DNA from: Moraxella sp.
Lineage (GTDB): Bacteria > Pseudomonadota > Gammaproteobacteria > Pseudomonadales > Moraxellaceae
Assembly (NCBI GenBank): GCA_041773075.1
Contig: JBHBMT010000106.1
Coordinates: 1 to 55,822, forward strand
DNA: 55,822 bases
Direction of reading: 5' to 3'
Shown here: positions 48,155 through 55,822 of the stretch, piece by piece
Layout: the number at the start of each line of letters is the position of its first letter
How positions within the stretch are numbered: the first letter of the stretch is position 1
Position numbers and translations under genes: made by a program
Notes under the pieces: generated by a model
Told to the model about the DNA's origin: nothing
Database searches by the model: none
Seen by the model: the letters and a program-made list of their open reading frames with translations, nothing else

Positions 48155-48898
48155 CTATTTTTTGTCTGTTGTAGGGACTGTTAGGGTAATAGGCTCTTCT
48201 CTGTCAAGATTCAAAGGCTTCACCACAGAGGCTGGTGTGGTTTTTGTGTCTTTTTTGTCTTCTTCTTTGCTTGCTGTAGCAACATCAAGCAATTTATAAT
48301 CATAAAGCTCTTGAATCAACAGCCCCGCTTCGGTCTCAAAACGTGCATTAATATCTACAATACGGCGCTGAAAAAAACGATACGCCACCAGCGCAGGAAT
48401 TGCCACAATCATACCTGCTGCTGTGGTGATGAGCGCTTGAGATACGCCAGCTGCTAGCAATGTAGGATCTTTCATTGCGCCATCAGTGATTGCCAAAAAT
48501 GACACAATAATACCCAATACCGTTCCTAATAACCCAAGCAACGGAGCAATCGCGCCAATCGTGCCTAGCATATTAATATTACGCTCAAGCTTGTGAATTT
48601 GTACGCTAGCACGGTTTTGCATATGCATGGTCATAGAATCTAATCCATACTGACGATACAAAAGTCCCGTCGCCAAAATATCGCCCAAGGGCGTTTTTTC
48701 TTTGACATTGAGCAGTTGCGTTCTATCAATATCGCCATTTTCACGCAACCGAGTGATGATTTGTTCACGAAGATGTCTAGGAGCTACGTCTTTAAATTTT
48801 AGTTTTCGGCTGCGCTCAATCACAATGACCAAAGCAACAATAGAACAGATGATAATAGGCAGCATTAGCCACCCGCCTGCTTTTACCAGCTCCCACAT
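48155..48898 (-). CDS. exbB: MotA/TolQ/ExbB proton channel protein
   Basis: GG.LM.PI, LGTIGAIAPLLGLLGTV.G, GVSQALITTAAG..VAIPA. Confidence 0.9.
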   Translation of the reverse strand: MWELVKAGGWLMLPIIICSIVALVIVIERSRKLKFKDVAPRHLREQIITRLRENGDIDRTQLLNVKEKTPLGDILATGLLYRQYGLDSMTMHMQNRASVQIHKLERNINMLGTIGAIAPLLGLLGTVLGIIVSFLAITDGAMKDPTLLAAGVSQALITTAAGMIVAIPALVAYRFFQRRIVDINARFETEAGLLIQELYDYKLLDVATASKEEDKKDTKTTPASVVKPLNLDREEPITLTVPTTDKK

Positions 48899-49036
48899 AG
48901 CTATAACCTTTTGTTGATGTTTTTGGGTTGAGGTTTGTACTTATAAAATAGGCTTGTACTCAATAAAACCTAAATTCATGGTGCGCATATCTTAAAAAAT
49001 AACACGCATAAAATCAAGTAGTGTCTTTGGGTTTTC

Positions 49037-49245
49037 TTAGAACCTATTCATGATTAATTTTTTTAGGCAAAAATAAGACAACTCACAAGCTTTCAAGGAA
49101 AAAACTTAAGGTTAATAGTGATTCTACCACGCAAGTTTTTGACACTTAAAAAGTAAGATTGAGTCATTTTTGGTAAAAACGCAAGTATTTTTAATGAAAT
49201 ATTCTACAAAATACCAAGTCATCATTCATTGCAAACAGGTTCTTA
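49037..49245 (+). mobile_element. MITE-like element family A, copy 3
   Basis: TTA-GAACCTATT...AAACAGGTTC-TTA. TTA direct repeat at both ends, and the right one is the parB stop codon. Confidence 0.88.
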
Positions 49246-50181
49246 AGGAGTCACTTTGAGTTGTGTCAATAGTGCCGCCAGCTCATCCTGACTATAAAAA
49301 AAGATTTCCAGACTACCCTTACCATCTTTACCTTGCTTAAGCTTCACTGTTGCACCTAGTGCATCAGACAGCTTTTGATTCAAAGACAACAGCTCATGCG
49401 AATTAACCGCAGATTTTTTTGTTGTAGGGTTTAGGATAGACTTTACCAATTTTTCTGCATCGCGCACTGTCATATTTGCATCAATGATTTTTTTGGCGAT
49501 GATGGGTTGTTGCTCGCTTGATAACGCCAACAAAGTCCGCGCATGTCCCATATCCAGCTGCCCATTGGTCATATAGCTTTTAACTTGTTCATGCAGCTGA
49601 TTAAGGCGCAGCAGATTGGATACTGTGGTGCGCGCCTTACCCACCACATCAGCAATCATTGCATGACTCATGCCAAATTCAGTATGAAATCGCTGTAACG
49701 CTGCCGCTTGCTCCAAAACGTTCAAATCTTCACGCTGAATATTTTCAATTAATGCCAACGCAATTGCAAGCTCATCTGACAAAATGCGCTCAATAGCGGG
49801 AATGTGCGTCAATCCTGCCAATTTTGCAGCACGCCAACGCCGCTCACCTGCAATAATCTCGTGAGTAATCCCTGTATCATTCAATTCACTAGGCAACAAA
49901 GGGCGAATGACGATAGGTTGCATCACGCCATGTTGGCGAATAGAATTAGCAAGCTCGGTCAGCACCGCTTCATTCATTTCTTTGCGTGGCTGATACCTGC
50001 CAGATTGCAGACATGTTACTGCCATCTGCACCAACGCCACTTGTTCGCCTTCGTGTGGTTTTGGCGTATTCTGCAAGGGGGATTGTACCGCCTGTGGCTC
50101 TATCAAGGCTTTTTCTTTTTTGATATTACCTAGTAGCGCATCCAAACCACGAGCGCCACCCAATCCACGTTTTTTTGCCAT
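49243..50181 (-). CDS. parB: Chromosome partitioning protein ParB
   Basis: KRGLG.RGLDALL, YQPR, GVMQPI.IR, IIAGERRWRA, ENIQREDL, HTH, GHARTLL. Confidence 0.96.
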   Translation of the reverse strand: MAKKRGLGGARGLDALLGNIKKEKALIEPQAVQSPLQNTPKPHEGEQVALVQMAVTCLQSGRYQPRKEMNEAVLTELANSIRQHGVMQPIVIRPLLPSELNDTGITHEIIAGERRWRAAKLAGLTHIPAIERILSDELAIALALIENIQREDLNVLEQAAALQRFHTEFGMSHAMIADVVGKARTTVSNLLRLNQLHEQVKSYMTNGQLDMGHARTLLALSSEQQPIIAKKIIDANMTVRDAEKLVKSILNPTTKKSAVNSHELLSLNQKLSDALGATVKLKQGKDGKGSLEIFFYSQDELAALLTQLKVTP

Positions 50182-50549
50182 AATAAAAAAGCCCTAATAT
50201 CACAGTTGCGAAAACCTATTATTCTAACATATTTTACAAAAATTAAGAACTCTCAAATTTTTGACAACCCAACAACGCCCCCTCTACACAAACCACATCA
50301 AATTGCCCATAGTCTTACAAATCATTCTTCTTACCCAAAAAGCAGACCTTGTCTTTAATAGATGGTAAATTAATGCTAAAATAGCCAGCCTAAATGGGTA
50401 CAATCCCCACCCTTATTGCTTGACTAAAACACAATGCACACCAATGTATTAAAGACCCACAAGCATTTTTCTTAAGTTGAGTGTCGTTGTGAGTGCAGTT
50501 ATTGCATTCAAAATAGAACATTTAATAAAATCAAAGGACTAAAACCAAA

Positions 50550-51173
50550 ATGATTTTAATGATAGATAATTATTGTAGCTTTACTTATAATATTGTTCAG
50601 TATTTTGGCGCTTTATCTCAAGATATTACTGTTTGGCGCAATGATGAAGCCAGTTTACAAGACATCAAAGCGCTCAATCCCAGTGCCATTGTTTTGGGAC
50701 CTGGACCTTGCAGTCCTACTGAAGCAGGCATTACCCTGCCCATCTTACAGACTTTGGCAGGCAAAGTGCCTATTTTGGGCGTTTGTCTTGGTCATCAAGC
50801 CATTGGGCAAGCGTTTGGTGGTCAGATTGTGCGTGCAGGGCAGGTCATGCATGGCAGATTATCTGCTGTTTTTCATCATAATACCAGTGTTTTTGTCGAT
50901 TTGCCTAGCCCCTTCAAGGCAACACGTTACCATTCTTTGGTCATTGACAAACACACGCTTCCTGACTGCCTAGAAATAACAGCATGGACACAACATGCTG
51001 ATGGCAGCATGGAGGAAATTATGGGGGTACGCCACTCCCAGCTACCCATTCATGGGGTGCAGTTTCACCCAGAATCTATCTTAAGTGAGCATGGCTATCA
51101 CTTATTTAATAATTTTTTGACAGAATATGGTTTAGCCAAATTGACCAATCATCAATTACCAGAAGTTGCCTAA
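50550..51173 (+). CDS. trpG: Anthranilate/aminodeoxychorismate synthase component II
   Basis: IDNY.SFTYN, GPGP, GVCLGHQ, RYHSL, QFHPES. Upstream of trpD. Confidence 0.94.
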   Translation: MILMIDNYCSFTYNIVQYFGALSQDITVWRNDEASLQDIKALNPSAIVLGPGPCSPTEAGITLPILQTLAGKVPILGVCLGHQAIGQAFGGQIVRAGQVMHGRLSAVFHHNTSVFVDLPSPFKATRYHSLVIDKHTLPDCLEITAWTQHADGSMEEIMGVRHSQLPIHGVQFHPESILSEHGYHLFNNFLTEYGLAKLTNHQLPEVA

Positions 51174-51177
51174 TCTT

Positions 51178-52287
51178 ATGACAAGCCCTACACCTCTTAC
51201 AAATACGCCCACCCTAGATGACATCAATGCCCTTGATGATGAGGCGATTTATGCCATCTTGACTGATGCACTTGCCAAATTATTAAAACACATTGACTTA
51301 ACCACTCATCATATGCGTCAAGTCATGTTGATTATCATGCAGGGTCGTTGTCCTGATGCCTTAATGGGAGCATTATTGATTGCTCTGCGCCAAAAAGGCG
51401 AGTCTATTGATGAAATCACCGCGTGCGCTCAAACCATGATAGAGCTTGCTGACACCATTAGTCTTGCCAATCCCAATGCTGTGGATATTGTTGGTACAGG
51501 AGGGGATGGTGCAAACCTTTTTAATGTGTCCACAGCCGCTGCATTTGTGGCAGCAGCAGCAGGCGTTACTATTGCTAAGCATGGCAACCGTGGCGTTTCT
51601 ACCAGTTCAGGCTCATCAGATGTCTTAAGCTTAGCAGGGGTGCGCCTAGACATTAGCAAAGAGCAAGTTCGCCAATGCATCAATGAACACGGCATAGGCT
51701 TTTTGTTTGCACCCAATCATCATCCTGCCATGAAGCACGCCATAGGTGTCAGACGTCTTTTAAAGGTTCGCACCATTTTTAATATTTTAGGACCTCTGAC
51801 CAATCCTGCCAAAGTCAAACGAGCAGTCATTGGGGTATTCTCTCCAGAGCTATGTGAGCCTTTGGCATATGTTTTTGCCAAACTAGGGGCAGAACATATA
51901 TTGGTTGTACATTCTGAAGATGGGTTGGATGAATACAGCTTGGCAGCAGGTACTCGCGTTGCAGAGCTTAAACATGGCGCAGTCACTACCTATACTACAC
52001 ACCCTGAAGATTTGGGCATTGACTCCAAAACCCTCAAAGGCTTAATGATTCATGATGCCAAAGAAAGCCTTGCTCTTATTGAACAAGCGCTATCGGGCAA
52101 GACAACTGACGACTTATCTGTAATCAAGGCAAGACAGATGATTGCCCTAAATGCAGGCGCCGCCATTTATGTGGCAGGTTTGGCAGATAGTCACAAACAA
52201 GGGGTAGAAATCGCCCTCAATATTCTTACAACTGATGCAGCTTGGCAAAAGCTCACCCAATTTGTTGCTGCGACACATTCTATTTAA
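51178..52287 (+). CDS. trpD: Anthranilate phosphoribosyltransferase
   Basis: DIVGTGGDG, FNVST, KHGNR, SGSSD, RTIFNILGPL.NPA, DGLDE. Confidence 0.97.
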   Translation: MTSPTPLTNTPTLDDINALDDEAIYAILTDALAKLLKHIDLTTHHMRQVMLIIMQGRCPDALMGALLIALRQKGESIDEITACAQTMIELADTISLANPNAVDIVGTGGDGANLFNVSTAAAFVAAAAGVTIAKHGNRGVSTSSGSSDVLSLAGVRLDISKEQVRQCINEHGIGFLFAPNHHPAMKHAIGVRRLLKVRTIFNILGPLTNPAKVKRAVIGVFSPELCEPLAYVFAKLGAEHILVVHSEDGLDEYSLAAGTRVAELKHGAVTTYTTHPEDLGIDSKTLKGLMIHDAKESLALIEQALSGKTTDDLSVIKARQMIALNAGAAIYVAGLADSHKQGVEIALNILTTDAAWQKLTQFVAATHSI

Positions 52288-53112
52288 ATGAGCAAAAATC
52301 CTATGAGTATCTTACAAAAAATTGTCGCCACCAAGCATCAAGAAGTTGCCCACTTTCTTGCCAACACCGATATGCAAGCTCTATTGTCAAGCGCACAAAG
52401 CAAATCCTGTAGAGGCTTTGCCAACGCCCTACGTACAGACGCTCAAGCGCGAGGCATTGGCATTATTGCAGAAATCAAAAAAGCCAGTCCTTCCAAAGGC
52501 ATTATTGCTCACAATTTTCACCCCCCTACCATTGCCAAAGGCTATAAAAAAGCTGGAGCAACCTGCTTATCTGTTTTGACTGATCGTGAGTATTTTTTGG
52601 GTCATGATAATGATTTGATGGCGGTGCGCGATGTTGTGGACTTACCTATTTTGCGCAAAGACTTTATGGTGCACGAAAGCCAGCTCATTCACGCCAAAGC
52701 CATGGGAGCGGACTGCATTTTACTTATTATGGCATGTCTTGATGACGACACACTCATTAAGCTGCACACTTCTGCTCTAAGTTTGGGCTTGGATATTCTC
52801 ATAGAAATCCACACAGATGATGAGCTCACAAGAGCTTTACAACTTCCCAAGAGCGCACACAATATCTATGGTATTAACAACCGTGATTTAAATACTTTTC
52901 AAGTCAGCTTGGATAATAGCATCAAATTGGGCAATAAATTATTTGAACAACTAGGCGAAGATACCTTGGTTGTCAGTGAAAGCGGCATTCATCAAGCCGC
53001 TGATATTCACTTGTTGCGCTCTTATCGCATTCAGCATTTTTTGATTGGTGAACAATTTATGAAAACTAACGATGCGGGCGCTGCACTTTCAGCCTTATTA
53101 TCATCTGTATAA
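52288..53112 (+). CDS. trpC: Indole-3-glycerol phosphate synthase
   Basis: IAEIKKASPSKG, LSVLTD, LRKDF, GINNRDL.TF, VSESGI. Confidence 0.97.
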   Translation: MSKNPMSILQKIVATKHQEVAHFLANTDMQALLSSAQSKSCRGFANALRTDAQARGIGIIAEIKKASPSKGIIAHNFHPPTIAKGYKKAGATCLSVLTDREYFLGHDNDLMAVRDVVDLPILRKDFMVHESQLIHAKAMGADCILLIMACLDDDTLIKLHTSALSLGLDILIEIHTDDELTRALQLPKSAHNIYGINNRDLNTFQVSLDNSIKLGNKLFEQLGEDTLVVSESGIHQAADIHLLRSYRIQHFLIGEQFMKTNDAGAALSALLSSV

Positions 53113-53130
53113 CACAACTAGGAGAAGTAT

Positions 53131-53790
53131 ATGATAACAGGTGTTTTGCCTAGACATTGCTTAGCAGCTCTAACTGCGCTTATTTTGTTTGCATCACCCA
53201 CCACTCATGCCACAGTAGGCGGTGCTGAAGAAATTGAAGTGCTAGGCATCGCCAAGGACAACAAACTATATGTCTTGCGTCATTATTATGATGCTTCAGA
53301 TCGCTTGCCTCAATTATACTATTTTAATTTATCCTCCAAAAAACCTGAAAAGCTCATCACGGTTCACTCGCTCTATATCAATCCAACCACTAACAAGCCT
53401 GACTATGATAGCGATGATCATAATCAATTTTTCAAAAAACTTACCACCCTTCAACAGCGACTAACGCCACTACAACCCATTGACTCAAGCACAATTAAGC
53501 TTGGCATTTTAAGTCTTAAAACCAAACAAGTTGTCGCTTGGTATGACCTTTATAACGACAGCAAAAGTCGCCAGCAAAAAGATAAGGTGCCACAATATCA
53601 TTATCGCTATCAACTCACCAACACCCCCCTTAAAAGCGCTCCTCAAACCGCCATTAGCTATCAAAAAGATTTGCGCATTCATCAAGCCTACGCCCTACCC
53701 AATCAGCGCTATCAACTTGCCGTGGTACGCTATCTTGGTATTAATTTTGAGACAGGCTATCATATTGATGATGCAGTGCTATTAAAATAA
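53131..53790 (+). CDS. Exported hypothetical protein
   Basis: GGAG RBS, signal peptide ..THA|TVGG, RLPQLYYF, FETGY. Confidence 0.75.
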   Translation: MITGVLPRHCLAALTALILFASPTTHATVGGAEEIEVLGIAKDNKLYVLRHYYDASDRLPQLYYFNLSSKKPEKLITVHSLYINPTTNKPDYDSDDHNQFFKKLTTLQQRLTPLQPIDSSTIKLGILSLKTKQVVAWYDLYNDSKSRQQKDKVPQYHYRYQLTNTPLKSAPQTAISYQKDLRIHQAYALPNQRYQLAVVRYLGINFETGYHIDDAVLLK

Positions 53791-53791
53791 C

Positions 53792-54010
53792 TAGGGCATT
53801 CTGACAGTTTGTATTTGCCATTAAACTCAAGAAAAATCGCAAAAGTTTCAGTAAAAATTGCGCCGCTGATATTGAAATATCAACAAGCAATTTGACGCTG
53901 AAAACGAAGAGTTAGCCCCGCTTTTTAACAAACAGGTAAGGCAAAGACCCTAAGTTTAGTTCTCAATGATTGCTAACTTGTAATGAGTGTTGAAGTATCA
54001 GAATCTCCTA
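53792..54010 (-). mobile_element. MITE-like element family B, longest copy (inverted)
   Basis: CTAG at both ends. TIRs TAGGGCATTCTGACA / TATCAGAATCTCCTA. Reverse complement aligns with the 4589, 30242 and 33851 copies. Confidence 0.9.
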
Positions 54011-54025
54011 GCTTGCCAATATAAT

Positions 54026-54057
54026 TATCCGCCCCAAAACCAAATTTGGAGCGGATA
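54026..54057. terminator. Terminator hairpin between the trp operon tail and mltD
   Basis: TATCCGCCCCAAA...TTTGGAGCGGATA followed by a T-run on the + strand. Confidence 0.78.
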
Positions 54058-54099
54058 TTTTTTTAGAAGGGATTTACTTGAGCCATAAACCCATTTAAG

Positions 54100-55822
54100 C
54101 TATTTGTTAGGCACGGTGAGCTTTTGTCCAATTTTTAGTCCATTGGTTGTTTTTAGCTGATTCATTGTTGCCAATTCAGTCACGCTAATTCCATAACGCT
54201 TTGCCAAGCTGTTAAGTGATTCACCAGATTTTACTACATGAGTTGTGGTAAGCTTGGGCACCTTAATGGTTTGACCTCGGCGCAATTGAGCATTATTTGC
54301 CAAATTATTCGTTTTTGCCAAATCCAATACGCTTACACCATAGCGTGTCGCTAGCGCCGTCAATGTTTCCCCTGATTTGACTGTATAAGATTCAGTATTA
54401 TTCAAGGTGCGCCCTGCGTTTTGTGAGCTTGTTGCATTGGCATCAGATTTATTGCTTGTTGTTGCCTTACCAGTCTTAGGGATGGTTAAAGTGGTGCCAC
54501 GTATCAAATTGGCTGTTTCACTCATCTTATTGGCAGCTGCCAATTCTTTAATACTCACCCCAAATCGCGCTGCTACTGATGTCAAGGTATCACCTGCTTG
54601 CACTTTATAGCTGCTTGTTGAGGACGTGTTGCTTGTTGGGGGTATGCTAGCTGATTGTGCTTTTGTATTGGCAGGAACTTTGATACTCTGCCCCGCCAAT
54701 AAACGAGTATTCCCATCAAATCCATTAAGCTCAGCCAGATCATTAGCACCAATCCCCAAACGATTGGCAATGCCTGTCAAAGTCTCACCTGACCGCACCT
54801 TGTATGTACTGGTAGCAATGTTAGCAGTCTGCTTGGCAGGTGTTTTGGGTGGATTGGATTTGGCTTGCGTGGGCTGCTCTGTTTTTGGTGTTACCTTGCC
54901 CGCCACAAGCCACAGCTTTTGACCACGCAACAACTTGGCATCCGTCTGCAAGTTGTTATAACTGGCAAGCTTAGCAACCGTCAAGCCATGACGCGCTGCC
55001 ACAGACGTTAAGGTATCTCCTGACTGCACTGTATAATATTCAGTGACCTTAGCTTGGGACTGGGATTGAGGTTGAACCAATCCTTGCTGAACAGACGCTT
55101 GCTCTTGGGTAGTTGACACGGAATCTGTTGCGGTCATATGGGTAGTAGAAGCTTCTTCTTGCATCAAAGCATCTCCATATTGCAAGGCTTTGGTCTGTCC
55201 GCGCGCTTCTAATACCGACTGTCCTGTTTGTACCGCATCAAGAGCAATATTGCCATCAGTTGGGTTGATAGGTTGAGCCACCTCTGGTGCACTTGAGCGA
55301 ATCTGTTGAGCAATAAAATTGCGCTCCTCCTCACTTAATGGTGGTTCTTGAATGATGGTGTTGTTAGTGGTCAAGCTTGCATTAGTTGTTGGCAATGTAT
55401 TGGCACTGGCTAATTGCTGGGTAGAGCTTGGATTGGTGCTACCAATACTATCAGGGTAGATATAACTGGTTGTTTGTGCTGGTGCGTTTGCCAAAGCCAG
55501 TGTCGGCGTGCCATACGCGCTTAATGCCTGAATCTTGGCATCAATGGTGGTTGGTACGCTGGTAGGAATAACAACACGATTCGGACCTGTGGCATCTACG
55601 CGTAAGTTTTTTAGGGCTGGATTAAGTAATTGCAGCTCATCCACATTTACGCCTGTTAGCTGAGAAATGTCCATCAAGCTAACCCCATAATGAGTGGGTA
55701 CTGTGCGAAAATGCTGATGATTGGCAATGGCTGGCAAGCTGACACCATGTGCGCTAGGATTGGCGACAATTTGCGCAACTGCCATGAATCTTGGTACATA
55801 GTTCATCGTCTCGGTGGGCAAT
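54100..55822 (-). CDS. mltD: MltD-like lytic transglycosylase with LysM repeats (5' part outside window)
   Basis: P.ETMNYVPRF.A end of SLT domain. Five clear LysM repeats (YTVQSGDTL, YKVRSGETL, YKVQAGDTL, YTVKSGETL, HVVKSGESL). Confidence 0.88.
   Translation of the reverse strand, partial: LPTETMNYVPRFMAVAQIVANPSAHGVSLPAIANHQHFRTVPTHYGVSLMDISQLTGVNVDELQLLNPALKNLRVDATGPNRVVIPTSVPTTIDAKIQALSAYGTPTLALANAPAQTTSYIYPDSIGSTNPSSTQQLASANTLPTTNASLTTNNTIIQEPPLSEEERNFIAQQIRSSAPEVAQPINPTDGNIALDAVQTGQSVLEARGQTKALQYGDALMQEEASTTHMTATDSVSTTQEQASVQQGLVQPQSQSQAKVTEYYTVQSGDTLTSVAARHGLTVAKLASYNNLQTDAKLLRGQKLWLVAGKVTPKTEQPTQAKSNPPKTPAKQTANIATSTYKVRSGETLTGIANRLGIGANDLAELNGFDGNTRLLAGQSIKVPANTKAQSASIPPTSNTSSTSSYKVQAGDTLTSVAARFGVSIKELAAANKMSETANLIRGTTLTIPKTGKATTSNKSDANATSSQNAGRTLNNTESYTVKSGETLTALATRYGVSVLDLAKTNNLANNAQLRRGQTIKVPKLTTTHVVKSGESLNSLAKRYGISVTELATMNQLKTTNGLKIGQKLTVPNK

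Noticed and set aside
50182-50549. trp attenuator / leader peptide upstream of trpG
   Set aside because: I found no short ORF with tandem Trp codons and no convincing terminator/antiterminator pair.
50550-53112. trpE missing from the trp cluster
   Set aside because: A separate trpE with a trpGDC cluster is the known arrangement in Moraxellaceae and pseudomonads.
1104-54922. Remaining short overlapping ORFs in the six-frame track
   Set aside because: They are antisense or out-of-frame shadows of well-supported genes and have no independent motifs.

Overview
Chromosomal window from a Moraxellaceae bacterium, most likely Moraxella. This is inferred from the rnhA-dnaQ fusion, the parB-exbBD-msbA-lpxK-kdsB-holB order, a trpGDC cluster without trpE, and AT-rich intergenic DNA. 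About 52 credible CDSs are present, mostly housekeeping: sodA, ubiA, rsmJ, uppP, tsaB, ttcA, rlmKL, glnA, rnhA-dnaQ, nudC, ampG, prmC, holB, kdsB, lpxK, msbA, parB, trpGDC and mltD. I saw no rRNA, tRNA, CRISPR array, transposase or phage genes. The strongest unexplained signal is non-coding. At least two clear families, plus remnants, of 140-220 bp TA/TWA-flanked inverted-repeat elements (MITE-like) occupy the intergenic spaces. Several overlap host stop codons, one appears nested in another, one abuts the rnhA-dnaQ promoter, and their two ends carry copy-specific matching substitutions. Other points of interest: a PecS/UrtR-type MarR regulator with a perfect twin operator facing a YdcZ-type transporter; a cassette of three small exported proteins with a hairpin and a 17-bp tandem repeat; a Lys-rich Asr-like exported micro-protein followed by a perfect 28-bp palindrome; a (GNK)10 VNTR in RlmKL; and AT-rich orphan genes with decayed partners near sodA. 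I cannot claim a definitively new system from sequence alone. All family assignments come from motif recognition, not database searches.
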